From: a virus
Reading direction: 5' to 3' (one strand)
IMG/VR virus record: IMGVR_UViG_3300005253_000946
Length of the DNA stretch: 64,000 nucleotides
Position 1 is the first letter of the stretch, and every line of letters begins with the position of its first letter. The translations under genes and the position numbers were made by a program. Shown here piece by piece: positions 48,799 through 58,393 of this stretch. The notes beneath the pieces are model-generated. The model searched no databases, was not told the DNA's origin, and saw only the letters and a program-made list of their open reading frames with translations.

Positions 48799-49179
48799 AT
48801 GTCAGATACACAAGATATAACGATGGGCAAGGTAGCAGCAGCTTCCTTCAAGAGTGAACTTGAAAAATTAGCTCTCTTTGGTAGTGCTGCTAAAAAAGCA
48901 ACCGAGAAGGCAGTTAAGAGTAAAGCTACTAGGCAAGAAATTTTGCAAGGTATTAAAGCTCTAGGCATCGGGGGCGGTGCTAGTATGGCAGGATTAGGTG
49001 TTCTAAGATCAGGAAGTGCGGCCAAGCAAAGAGCTGACCAAGCTTCTAGACCTACCTTTGTAAAACATATTTCTAAATATGATAAAGCTACTGGACGTAG
49101 AGCCGCTATGACAATTAGAGGTCCTATGAAGAAAGTACAAGTAGCTAAGAAAAAAGCATTAGTCAAAAAAACCAAATAA
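48799..49179 (+). CDS. leader-tagged small cationic protein
   Basis: AAASFKSELEKLA leader; GIGGGASMAGLG; K-rich. Confidence 0.7.
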   Translation: MSDTQDITMGKVAAASFKSELEKLALFGSAAKKATEKAVKSKATRQEILQGIKALGIGGGASMAGLGVLRSGSAAKQRADQASRPTFVKHISKYDKATGRRAAMTIRGPMKKVQVAKKKALVKKTK

Positions 49180-49198
49180 CTAGAAGGAGACATGAACC

Positions 49199-49540
49199 AT
49201 GAGTCAACCAAATGCACTTCTATCCGCTATGTACGGTACTGCACCGGTAGCTGAAGAAGAACTAATCAAGATGGCAGAAGCCGGTTTAATCCAACTCGAC
49301 GAAGGCGAAGAAGTCGCTATCGATAATGATTTCTATAAAGAAGCGTCGGCAGTATTAGACCACGATGCGATTATTTCTTTAGATTCAACAGGCCGTGCGC
49401 TTGCTAGAGAAATGGTTATGGATCGTTTAAACAAAACAGCATCGGCTGACGAAGAGGGAGTAGATTTAGAAAATCTTTCCCCTATCGAGAGACTCAATCT
49501 CGAAGTCCAAACAGCTCTTGCCGAACAAGGTGCGGAATAA
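49199..49540 (+). CDS. small acidic scaffold-like protein
   Basis: KMAE, KEASA, GRALAREMVMDRLNKTASA, resembling a segment of the 41630 protein. Confidence 0.55.
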   Translation: MSQPNALLSAMYGTAPVAEEELIKMAEAGLIQLDEGEEVAIDNDFYKEASAVLDHDAIISLDSTGRALAREMVMDRLNKTASADEEGVDLENLSPIERLNLEVQTALAEQGAE

Positions 49541-49563
49541 CTTTTTTAGGTTAGGAGTCTAAA

Positions 49564-49947
49564 ATGGATTTAGATCAAACAGTAAACGATAAAGTTATGG
49601 CAGCCTCTTTTAGAAACGAGCTTGAGAAATTAGCTGTTTACGGACAGATTGGTAAAGGGATAGCCGTTGCCGGTAAGAAGCTTGTTGAATGGGGCGGAAA
49701 GAAAAGCGGTAAGCTTGGTAGATATGCTACCAAAGCAGGAGAGAAAGCTCGAATGGTTGGTAAAGATATCGGAGGCCGTAATGTATCCAAAGCACAAGCT
49801 GGTTTAGCAGGAGCTAAAGATATCGGCGGAGTTGTGGGTTACACCAAAGCTCTTGGTGGTGCCAAGAAACGACAAGCTATTGCTAGAGCTGCTTTGACTG
49901 GCGGTACTGGTTTAGCCACTGGTGTAGGTATCGGAAAAGCTCTGTAA
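49564..49947 (+). CDS. leader-tagged small cationic Gly-rich protein
   Basis: MAASFRNELEKLA leader; C-terminal AALTGGTGLATGVGIG. Confidence 0.7.
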   Translation: MDLDQTVNDKVMAASFRNELEKLAVYGQIGKGIAVAGKKLVEWGGKKSGKLGRYATKAGEKARMVGKDIGGRNVSKAQAGLAGAKDIGGVVGYTKALGGAKKRQAIARAALTGGTGLATGVGIGKAL

Positions 49948-49958
49948 GTAAGAAACTT

Positions 49959-50567
49959 ATGTCTTCCTCTCTAGTATATGAGTATGTGGGAGGAGCAGTA
50001 GTCGCTTCAGCATTTGGTAACGAATTAAAGAAGTTGGCAGCTGCTCCTCCTCGACAGTTTGTACGTAGCACTTCGGATGCTATGGCATCCCTTCGTGCGT
50101 CTCAGAGGGAGCGCAATCTACCTACGGGTATGAGAGAACAACTCATTGGTGAAGGCTCTTCTTATTTAGCCGAAAGACCTGGTGAGTATCCACGATATCA
50201 ATTAACACGTGGATTAGGCGTAGGTGCAGGTATCGGAGCAGCAGCCGGTGGAGCTGGTTTTCTATTTAGACATTCTGCAGAGAAGATGGGTCTCTGGGAT
50301 AAAATGCCTAACCTGCTTAAGAAAACAATTGGATCCAGAGTATTTCAATTTGGAATTATACCAGCAGCCGCCGCAGTTGGAGCTTTTATAGCTACCAGAG
50401 GTTTAGAAGAAGGACAAAATGTTCCTCGACACAAATCTGCTGAAGAGGTAGAGGCGGTTATAGGACGTAAGATAGTTAAAAAGCACAAGATACGCTCTAT
50501 GGCTGGCCGTGCTGCCGAGATGATTATAGATGTTAGAAGTGGGGCAGTCCTACCAGGAGTAGGCTAA
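49959..50567 (+). CDS. leader-tagged protein with two Gly-zipper hydrophobic helices
   Basis: ASAFGNELKKLA leader; GLGVGAGIGAAAGGAG; GIIPAAAAVGAFIA. Confidence 0.7.
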   Translation: MSSSLVYEYVGGAVVASAFGNELKKLAAAPPRQFVRSTSDAMASLRASQRERNLPTGMREQLIGEGSSYLAERPGEYPRYQLTRGLGVGAGIGAAAGGAGFLFRHSAEKMGLWDKMPNLLKKTIGSRVFQFGIIPAAAAVGAFIATRGLEEGQNVPRHKSAEEVEAVIGRKIVKKHKIRSMAGRAAEMIIDVRSGAVLPGVG

Positions 50568-51394
50568 TGCTGACATTTACCAAATACAGAAGCATATCTT
50601 TAGTTCAAGATTTTTTAGATATTTTTTGGGAAGTAACTATAGATGGTGGTGAGGCTGAACTCGATTATGATTTTTATGTTCTTAGGTCCGAGAACAATTT
50701 AGAAGGTCCGTACAAAGTAATAGCTGGACCTCTGTCAGGTCTCTACACGTTTAGAGATCCAGATGTATTCCCTTACAAACGTAATATACGGTTATTTTAT
50801 AAAGTACGAGCTGTTAGGAAGTCCGATAACTATGACATAGAGACTGAGCCGTTCGACATCGAAGGTCCAGCCGATTTACAGACCAGAGCTATCTCCGACT
50901 TCCACGATGTACTTCTGGACAATATGGGTGTAGGTATTATCATTTATAACAGGAAGTCTTTTGGAGCCAGGTGTGCTGAATGTTGGGATTCTATAAAACA
51001 TCAACAAAGATTCTCTCACTGCAAAACCTGTTACGACACAGGGTATGCTGGAGGGTATTTACCTCCTAATACAGCTCGGATGAGAGCAGTTCCTGAACAG
51101 CACCAATACACCTTTACTTCTCAGAATAAAGCTGATGTGGTAGAAACTCAGATGTATTTGTCACGCTACCCTCCGGTAAATCTAGGAGATGTTATCGTAG
51201 AGATTAAATCTAATATACGTTGGAAGGTTAGAGGGGTTGCTAAGAGTGAGCACATACGTCACATAACTATGCAGCATGTAGGTCTGCATCAAATACCGGA
51301 AAGTGATATTGAGTATCAATTGACTGCAGACTTAGACCTCTCTAAAATAGTGTACGAAGAAGAACGTATTCACACTAACCCACATTCAATATGA
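50567..51394 (+). CDS. putative head-closure/neck protein 2
   Basis: Ig/FN3-like N-terminal part; CAECW...CKTCYDTGYAGGY; located between the adaptor and the sheath. Confidence 0.45.
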   Translation: MLTFTKYRSISLVQDFLDIFWEVTIDGGEAELDYDFYVLRSENNLEGPYKVIAGPLSGLYTFRDPDVFPYKRNIRLFYKVRAVRKSDNYDIETEPFDIEGPADLQTRAISDFHDVLLDNMGVGIIIYNRKSFGARCAECWDSIKHQQRFSHCKTCYDTGYAGGYLPPNTARMRAVPEQHQYTFTSQNKADVVETQMYLSRYPPVNLGDVIVEIKSNIRWKVRGVAKSEHIRHITMQHVGLHQIPESDIEYQLTADLDLSKIVYEEERIHTNPHSI

Positions 51395-51771
51395 GCAACT
51401 TAGATACAGCAGCAAATACATTAATTACGTCAGAGTCCTTTAAAGACGAACTGACTAAGTTAGCTACTGGTGATGATTCTAAAACCAAAAGATGGTTAAA
51501 GAACATTGCTATTATAGCTGCTGCTCCAGCTATAGGGTTTGGTTTAGGTAGGTACGCAATGTACCCTGTAACTCGTGCCTTGGTATCTAAAACAGGTCGC
51601 AAGTTTATACGTTCACATCCTAAAACATCTAAAGCTCTTGCCTATGGATTACCGGCCGCAGCCGGTGGAGCAGCAGGTTTAGGTACTCTTTATCACGGAT
51701 TACAGTGGGCAGCCCATAAACAATCTATGGAACCTAAGAAGGGTAAAGTAAATGCCAACCCCGCTAGATAG
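51391..51771 (+). CDS. leader-tagged cationic protein with two hydrophobic helices
   Basis: SESFKDELTKLA leader; IAIIAAAPAIGFGLG; GLPAAAGGAAGLG. Confidence 0.7.
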   Translation: MSNLDTAANTLITSESFKDELTKLATGDDSKTKRWLKNIAIIAAAPAIGFGLGRYAMYPVTRALVSKTGRKFIRSHPKTSKALAYGLPAAAGGAAGLGTLYHGLQWAAHKQSMEPKKGKVNANPAR

Positions 51772-52525
51772 AGAGTTTGGTCCTAACTCTAATCTTAGTC
51801 AAAGGATTAAAGACTATAGGGCAACTAAAGTATTAAACCCCGACTTCGGTATTGAAGATTCGGTAATAGATACGTTTATCGTTTTTTTAAGAGAGTTTTT
51901 TGCTACTTCCCAACCTTATGGTGCTACTCAACAAGATGTTGAAGTAGATGAATCTAAGCCAAATCTTAGTGAGCGTTATCGTTTATATTATGATTCCGAA
52001 GGAGGTATGGACTTAGAAAAATCAGGTATTATTATAGTTGATTCTGACACAGTAGATCCAGACCTTTATGCTAAAAGACCGGCTATAGTAATAGACATGG
52101 TGTCCTCTCAGTTTCTGGGTTTAGGTTTAGACCAGTATGAAGGCGGGTCTATGGCAGGCGAAGATAAAATACACAGAGACCTGGTTATGGGTCAGTTACA
52201 ACTAAGAGCATATTCCAGTGTTAAGAACGAAGCACGTATCTTAGCCAACTGGGTGCGCAACATCGTCTTGGCGTACACGCCTTCACTATGTAGAATGGGT
52301 CAAATACATGCAATAGAAAGACGTATCACCGTAGGACGCCCCTCAACAGGAGGACAGTTTCCTAGCTCAGATACAGAAAATATTGCTGTACCCGTAGGAG
52401 TTACTTGGTACAAAGCTTATAAATGGAGAACTGGTTACGTACAACCCGATCCACTACTTGCAGATATTACTATGACTTCTAGAACACGAATAGGAAAACG
52501 AATTGTCATATCCCTTGACGACTAA
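51752..52525 (+). CDS. putative tail terminator/completion protein
   Basis: Directly upstream of the sheath; RPAIVID; mainly positional. Confidence 0.45.
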   Translation: MPTPLDREFGPNSNLSQRIKDYRATKVLNPDFGIEDSVIDTFIVFLREFFATSQPYGATQQDVEVDESKPNLSERYRLYYDSEGGMDLEKSGIIIVDSDTVDPDLYAKRPAIVIDMVSSQFLGLGLDQYEGGSMAGEDKIHRDLVMGQLQLRAYSSVKNEARILANWVRNIVLAYTPSLCRMGQIHAIERRITVGRPSTGGQFPSSDTENIAVPVGVTWYKAYKWRTGYVQPDPLLADITMTSRTRIGKRIVISLDD

Positions 52526-52542
52526 TTAAGGAGACTTTGCAC

Positions 52543-55062
52543 ATGCCTGGTCAAATAAGACAACCCGGAGTTGAGATCATACAGGAATTTGTTTCTGCAT
52601 CTCCTAGCTTCAGCATTCCCTCTTTACTGTCGTGCTCCGTAGGACCGGCTTTTAGGATAGTTAAGGCTTTTACGCCAGAAGGTGCGGTCGACGCAGACTC
52701 GATTGCCGGAGCCTATCCAGATACACGTGATGTAGGAGCTGGCGGATATAGCGGCCAGTCCTCTGGTGTAGCTAGTACTCCAACTACCCATTTAGTTGAT
52801 ACTACTCAATCATGGGTTGACGACGAGCTTAACGGTAAGTATGTCTTCATCTGGTCAGGTACCGGTGCAGGACAATTACGTGAAATCCTTGATACAGACA
52901 ACGCGCTTCAGGAAATCGAAGTCAGTGTAGCTTGGGATGTTACTTTAGACGCTACCAGTAAGTATTATATTGGTGACGGAATCGAAGTAGGTTTCCCGAA
53001 GTTTATAGACACAGACAAGATTGAGCACACCGATATCACAGATCCGTTAAACCCGATCAAGGTATATATACAACTTGGTGGGACAGTTGCCGAGGTACCG
53101 AACTATCAGTACGTGTTAAATCCTACGAACGATGGGATTATTATAGGTCCTGGCGCAGGTAACGTTAACTTCCCGGTTATAGGTACGATTCTTGTTGAGT
53201 GGCTTGGCCTTAGAACCGACATTTCTGAAACATTAGTGGTCGCTGAAAACCTAGAAGACCTAGATAATTTTCTTGGACCAATTTCTGTAGAGAATCCCTT
53301 AGCTTGGGGTATGGCACAACAATTATCTAATTCCCAGACCAATGCTGTAGCAGGTTTAGGTGTTAATGATATTGATCCGATCAACGAGCCTGATGGAACT
53401 GTGGCATCTTACCAAGAAGCTTTAGATGCTTTAGAGAGTGAAGACGTTTACGCTATCTCAACTCTAACTCACGCTTTAAGTGTGCATCAATCGTTGTCTA
53501 GCCACGTAACTGCTTTATCGGCATCAACCGAAAAGAAAGAGCGTATTGGGTTTGTCAATCCACTGTTTCCTACTAATGCTGCAGATCAGATATTGGTACA
53601 GGATAATTATTTCTTCTCAGCAAGTTCTGGAAATCCGTTAGACATATACTCCAACGTAGATTTCTTGTCATCCTTAGCGTTGTTAGGTGTTAATCCGGTT
53701 GACGATCTTGCAAACATAGTTGTTACTTTTGAGAGTGAGTTACATGCTGTAGAGCACCCACTTACTGAAATCAAAGTTAATAGCCTTGTAGGAGACGATA
53801 CTTTACCTGGTCCTTTACCTCCGTTAGCCTCTTTCGGTAGAGTAGCGGAAGTAGTAGGAGATTCTTCAGCGGCGTTAACCGATCCGGTATTTAATGGGGC
53901 AGTATCCGTGGCATCACCCAATAATAATGGGTTGGTTGATAATACCGATACTTTTGAGCCTAATCAGTTTAAAGGATTAACGTTAATTAAAGACCCTACT
54001 GGAGTTGGAAGTGGTACAGAAACTTTTCTAATTACTTCCAATACAGACCATGAAATTTTTGTAGTATCTGACTGGCTTGCTAATCCAGTAGTTGGCGACC
54101 TTTACGAGATTTCAGGTTTCGAACTGCTTCTACAAGATGACGGTATTAACCCGATAGCTTTAGAAGGAGACTATGTTGACGCTATCGAACCTTATTGGGT
54201 CTACATAATGGCTGGCGGAGCAGCAGCAGGTCAATTTAGAAAAATCATAGGCAGTTCCTCTTCGGCTTCCAGCTTTGCTAATACGTTACTGCTCGAACTT
54301 CCCTGGACTATTGTTCCTGATGCAGAACCTTACGAGATTTGGCAGGGTACTGAAGCGTCACTAGAAGAATTCAAACTAGTCCTTAAAGGCGATCTACTGG
54401 TAATTAATGGTTTCCCGAACAAAGCTTTAATGGCTACTACCATTGCAGGGTTCGGTGAAGCGTATAAAAACCGTAGATTATTTGTAGTTATTCCTGACCA
54501 AGTAGAGCAGAGCGTAGCTGGTGTAACCTCTCTAGTAGAAGGCTACTACCTAGCTTCAGCTATTTGTGGCATGGTTGGGCAACTACCTCCTCAACAAGGC
54601 TTTACCAACTATCCTGTTACAGGGTTCTTGGGAGTCAATAACAAGACTTCTGGCTTTTTCTCAACTAGCCAGTTGGACACGATAGCTGGAGGCGGAGTCT
54701 ATACGGTAATTCAAAATGCCCAAGGACAGCCTCTAATTTGCCGTCATCAGTTATCTACAGATGTCAGCGTAATCGAAAAGCGTGAGCTTTCGATCACGAA
54801 GGTTGTGGATTACACAGCTAAGTTCCTTCGGAACCTGTTAGTGCCGTACATCGGCCTCTTTAACATTAACCAAGGATTCTTAGACAACCTGAGTACGATT
54901 GTTCAAGGCGCTTTAAGATCGTTAGTTGATGCAAACATCTTGAATGGTGCTGATCTTAATATCATCGCGCAAGATGAAGATTCACCTGACACCGTGATAA
55001 TCGACGTAACTTTGGATGTTCCGTTCCCAGCGAACTACATCCGGCTAACTCTACTAATTTAA
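52543..55062 (+). CDS. contractile tail sheath protein
   Basis: RQPGVEIIQE N-terminus; C-terminal YLASAICG..GQLPPQQGFTN, RHQLSTD..RELSITKVVD, PFPANYI; ATG 52543 has an AAGGAG RBS. Confidence 0.88.
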   Translation: MPGQIRQPGVEIIQEFVSASPSFSIPSLLSCSVGPAFRIVKAFTPEGAVDADSIAGAYPDTRDVGAGGYSGQSSGVASTPTTHLVDTTQSWVDDELNGKYVFIWSGTGAGQLREILDTDNALQEIEVSVAWDVTLDATSKYYIGDGIEVGFPKFIDTDKIEHTDITDPLNPIKVYIQLGGTVAEVPNYQYVLNPTNDGIIIGPGAGNVNFPVIGTILVEWLGLRTDISETLVVAENLEDLDNFLGPISVENPLAWGMAQQLSNSQTNAVAGLGVNDIDPINEPDGTVASYQEALDALESEDVYAISTLTHALSVHQSLSSHVTALSASTEKKERIGFVNPLFPTNAADQILVQDNYFFSASSGNPLDIYSNVDFLSSLALLGVNPVDDLANIVVTFESELHAVEHPLTEIKVNSLVGDDTLPGPLPPLASFGRVAEVVGDSSAALTDPVFNGAVSVASPNNNGLVDNTDTFEPNQFKGLTLIKDPTGVGSGTETFLITSNTDHEIFVVSDWLANPVVGDLYEISGFELLLQDDGINPIALEGDYVDAIEPYWVYIMAGGAAAGQFRKIIGSSSSASSFANTLLLELPWTIVPDAEPYEIWQGTEASLEEFKLVLKGDLLVINGFPNKALMATTIAGFGEAYKNRRLFVVIPDQVEQSVAGVTSLVEGYYLASAICGMVGQLPPQQGFTNYPVTGFLGVNNKTSGFFSTSQLDTIAGGGVYTVIQNAQGQPLICRHQLSTDVSVIEKRELSITKVVDYTAKFLRNLLVPYIGLFNINQGFLDNLSTIVQGALRSLVDANILNGADLNIIAQDEDSPDTVIIDVTLDVPFPANYIRLTLLI

Positions 55063-55073
55063 GGAGTAGATAA

Positions 55074-55772
55074 ATGGGCACAATTAGCCAATGGGATCAA
55101 TACGATAAGTATGTGCAGGGAGGCTTGCAAGACGGCCTCTTTATGTCGGGCGCGTTTACGCTTATCGCTGCTGGACCCCCTCGTCTATCTAACTTAGCCG
55201 GTGAATTAGTAGTAGGTACTTTGATCCAGGCTGGCGGCGCAGCAGTTGATACAGTAGCGTACCCGATTGGTGTGGTTCAGAACCTGAACATCAGCCATAA
55301 CAGGCAGTTCACTCGTTTATTCGAGATAGGTTCAGAACGCTCCTACTTTATTTCTGGTCGAACCATCGGTCAGATTTCGTTAGGTAGGGTTTTATACCAC
55401 GGACCTTCACTGCTACGCGCTCTCTATGCATACTACCAAGACCTCCTACCCCCAGGAATTGTACCTTCCTTGTGGCAAAACGTAGGTTCAGCCTTCGTAC
55501 ACCATGATGTGAAGATACCTCCAGGGTATGAGAACCTCTTCATAAATTTAGCTTCCGATATGTTCTCGCAACCTATGGGTCTGCTAGTTTATGTTAAGGA
55601 CTCTGATGAACGTACAGTAGGTGCAGTCTACTTCGAACAGTGCTACGTCCCGAATCATACCTTCGCTACTGACGCGCAAGGTGTTCTGATTCAGGAAAGT
55701 TGTGCTATACAGTTCGAAAGAGCAATACCTGTAGCCACCAGCGAAGTAGCTCTGATATCTGGCCTACTGTAG
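55074..55772 (+). CDS. tail tube protein
   Basis: Follows the sheath; IGVVQNLNISHNRQFTRLFEIGSERSYF. Confidence 0.75.
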   Translation: MGTISQWDQYDKYVQGGLQDGLFMSGAFTLIAAGPPRLSNLAGELVVGTLIQAGGAAVDTVAYPIGVVQNLNISHNRQFTRLFEIGSERSYFISGRTIGQISLGRVLYHGPSLLRALYAYYQDLLPPGIVPSLWQNVGSAFVHHDVKIPPGYENLFINLASDMFSQPMGLLVYVKDSDERTVGAVYFEQCYVPNHTFATDAQGVLIQESCAIQFERAIPVATSEVALISGLL

Positions 55773-55794
55773 TCAGATAAAGCCTTTCGAGAAT

Positions 55795-55832
55795 AGAGGG
55801 GATGCGGTAATATGTTTATTGTATCCCCTTTC
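55795..55832 (+). terminator. hairpin after the tube gene
   Basis: agaggggatgcggtaa-tatgt-ttattgtatccccttt; all mismatches are G-U pairs, followed by a T tract. Confidence 0.6.
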
Positions 55833-55846
55833 TTAATGGATGACAT

Positions 55847-56314
55847 ATGTACGACGGCCTGACAACAGAAGAACTACATGGGCTTGCTGACTACCTCTTA
55901 AAGGAGGCATCAGCGGCCCCTAAGTTGCTTACAGCCGGTACTAAAACCATTCCCCCATCTATCTTGAAAAAGGTCGTAGATAAGGTGAAACGTTATGGTA
56001 CGTTGATGGCTGGTGGTAAGAAGTTTACAGGCTCTGTGACTGGTCAGACAGGTAAGACACGCTTCAGATCCGCTAGTGTGAAAAACCTTCGAGCTACGTC
56101 AGCTCTTAGTAAGTTGCGAAAGCAGCAGAATTTTGGCAGGGCACCTAGAGGTATATTAGGCAGGTTACTGGGAGGTGTTAAACCTGTAGGTAAACTTAAG
56201 AAAGAAATAGATGCTGTAAACCTTGCTAGGGGTGCGACAGCTGCAGGCGGTGTAGGTACTGCTGGTGCAACATACGTCCTCACTAGAAAATCTAAGCCGA
56301 AAAGGAATCGTTAA
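55847..56314 (+). CDS. leader-tagged cationic protein (ADYLLKEA type)
   Basis: EELHGLADYLLKEAS leader; K/R-rich; C-terminal GATAAGGVGTAG. Confidence 0.7.
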   Translation: MYDGLTTEELHGLADYLLKEASAAPKLLTAGTKTIPPSILKKVVDKVKRYGTLMAGGKKFTGSVTGQTGKTRFRSASVKNLRATSALSKLRKQQNFGRAPRGILGRLLGGVKPVGKLKKEIDAVNLARGATAAGGVGTAGATYVLTRKSKPKRNR

Positions 56315-56315
56315 A

Positions 56316-56720
56316 ATGAGTACACCAACTACTTTAGAGTTACATGAAATAGCTGACTACTTACTGAAAGAGGCCAGGAAGAGTAAACGCTCTTATGGTT
56401 CTGAAGCTGGTATAGGCGCTCTTGCTGGTGGTGTAGCTGTAGGTGGTGGTGCAGCTGCTGCTAAAGGTTATGGGATGTACGGCGCATCTCGAGAAGCACT
56501 AAGAGTTCGTCTACAAGCAAAAGTTTCTGGTGTACCAAGTCGTAGGTTATCTACTAAAGCCCGAACTGTTAAACAGGTTATCAAGAAGCTTGGACCTAAA
56601 GCTTTATTAGCTACTGGAGCTATCGGTGGAGCAGGAGCTTTACTTGGTGCAGGCGGTGGTTTAACCAGACATAAACTGCGTAAATCTATGAAGAAGAACG
56701 CTGCGAAGAAAAGTAAGTAA
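56316..56720 (+). CDS. leader-tagged cationic Gly-zipper protein (ADYLLKEA type)
   Basis: Start MSTPTT at 56316; LELHEIADYLLKEA; two Gly-zipper segments. Confidence 0.7.
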   Translation: MSTPTTLELHEIADYLLKEARKSKRSYGSEAGIGALAGGVAVGGGAAAAKGYGMYGASREALRVRLQAKVSGVPSRRLSTKARTVKQVIKKLGPKALLATGAIGGAGALLGAGGGLTRHKLRKSMKKNAAKKSK

Positions 56721-57327
56721 TGCCCTTCAAGTCTAAAGCTCAGCGCAGAGGTACATGTTTGCACAACACCCTAAGATAGCTAGACGATGGGCAGACGAGC
56801 AGAAGAAGAGTAAAGGTAGAAAAAGCTTCAAAACCATGCCTGATAAATTACATACCGATAAGAGTGTAAAACCTTCTGAGTTTAAGAAGCAGGCTCAAGC
56901 AGAGATTACTATAGGTATGATCAAAGCAGCTGCTTTTAGGGAAGAACTTGAAAAGATAGCCATCATAAGTTTAAGTCCTTTTGATTTTAATATACCTCAT
57001 GCGGCCATAGCTTTATCGGGAGCCGCTAATGTTGGAAAGAAAGCTTCAGGACTAGCGGCTCATGCTGCCAGCAAAAAAGGACACAAGATTAAAAATGAGG
57101 AGTTAGCTAAACTTCTAGGCGGAACGACTGGGCTGCTTGGTGGTATTGGTGGTATGATTCTCGGACTGAAGTACAGACCTCAATTACAAAAAATATTAAG
57201 TAAATTAACCAAAAACAAAACAGCTATGTTAGCTTCTAGACCAGCTATCCCTATGGCCTCTACTGTTTTAGGTGGAGCAGTTGCAGGAGCTGGTACTGGA
57301 GTCTTAGTAAGCGTTCGTGGAAAATAA
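56720..57327 (+). CDS. cationic Gly-zipper protein with internal leader; apparent frameshift near the 5' end
   Basis: TAATG-coupled MPFKSKAQRR (56720) continues as YMFAQHPK only after a frame change at about 56749; internal AAAFREELEKIA. Confidence 0.6.
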
Positions 57328-57339
57328 GGAGATTAAACA

Positions 57340-58119
57340 ATGAATGCAAATATCGATAGAGAAGAATTGCTTGGAATGGCCGATTTCCTTTTAAAGGAAG
57401 CTAAGGACAAGAAGACATACCCTTTTTCAAGGGCAGCCACTGATCCAGCATTTCAGGGTGCTGGTGTAACCGGTTTAGGTTTAGGAATTACAGGAGCAGT
57501 AGCACATGGTGCTAAGAAGATAGTCAAGACTAGAAAAGGATTGCAAGCTATGGCACGATTGGGCCAAGAACTCGGTCTTGCTGGTAGCCGTAAAGCTGCT
57601 GTTCGTGGAGCGTCTAAATTACCTAAGAAGCTTTTAATAGGTGGAGCAGTTGCTTCTGGTCTTGCTGGTCTTGGCGCAGCTGGAGTGACATCACTAAGTC
57701 GGCGTCAGCAGATGAGAGGTTTAGCTGGTAGAAAAGCTCGTGGAGGCAAAGGCATGACTGCCAGAGAGCGTAAGCTTACTGGTATCAAGAAAAGTGCCTC
57801 TCTCATTAAAGAAGCTTTACCTATCGGACAGCGCCTACCTAAAAAAGAGCAGATCAAAAAAATGATTACTGCTTACAAAGATATTGTTAAAGGCAAGAAC
57901 GTAGCATCAGCTAAGCGGACAAAGAAGATGTGGTCTGGAGCACAATCTAGGCGTGCAAAATGGAATATAGCTAATCCTAAAAAATCTGGATTACGTCCCG
58001 AACAGAAGGCTTTTCATAAGGCGAAGAGCAGAGTCTCTAATGCTCAATTAGAGAGAGCGGTTGCTATCGGCGTACCTGCATTAGGTGTTGGTGGCTTGAG
58101 CGCTGCAGCTCTTAAATAA
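57340..58119 (+). CDS. leader-tagged cationic protein with two leader/core units
   Basis: EELLGMADFLLKEA and a later SASLIKEA; Gly-zipper segments. Confidence 0.7.
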   Translation: MNANIDREELLGMADFLLKEAKDKKTYPFSRAATDPAFQGAGVTGLGLGITGAVAHGAKKIVKTRKGLQAMARLGQELGLAGSRKAAVRGASKLPKKLLIGGAVASGLAGLGAAGVTSLSRRQQMRGLAGRKARGGKGMTARERKLTGIKKSASLIKEALPIGQRLPKKEQIKKMITAYKDIVKGKNVASAKRTKKMWSGAQSRRAKWNIANPKKSGLRPEQKAFHKAKSRVSNAQLERAVAIGVPALGVGGLSAAALK

Positions 58120-58131
58120 GGTGTTAATCTC

Positions 58132-58392
58132 ATGGACCAAGTAGAAGCATTAGTTGTTAGTCAGGTTGTTGAGTCAGCATTCCATTCTGAACTCAACAAA
58201 CTGGCTGCTAGGAAAGCCAGATTAGGTTCTGGTGTCAGATTCAAGTCCTTGCAGAAGAATATTGCTAAAAGCATTAAACCAAGAGCAGGACAGACTAAGC
58301 AACAAGCTGCCGGTGCAGTAGCTGCAGCTATCGGCCGTAAAAAGTACGGTAAGAAGAAATTTCAAGCATTCAGTATGAAGGGCAGACGGTAA
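58132..58392 (+). CDS. leader-tagged polycationic peptide
   Basis: ESAFHSELNKLA leader; 61-aa core with 19 K/R and no D/E. Confidence 0.7.
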   Translation: MDQVEALVVSQVVESAFHSELNKLAARKARLGSGVRFKSLQKNIAKSIKPRAGQTKQQAAGAVAAAIGRKKYGKKKFQAFSMKGRR

Positions 58393-58393
58393 G

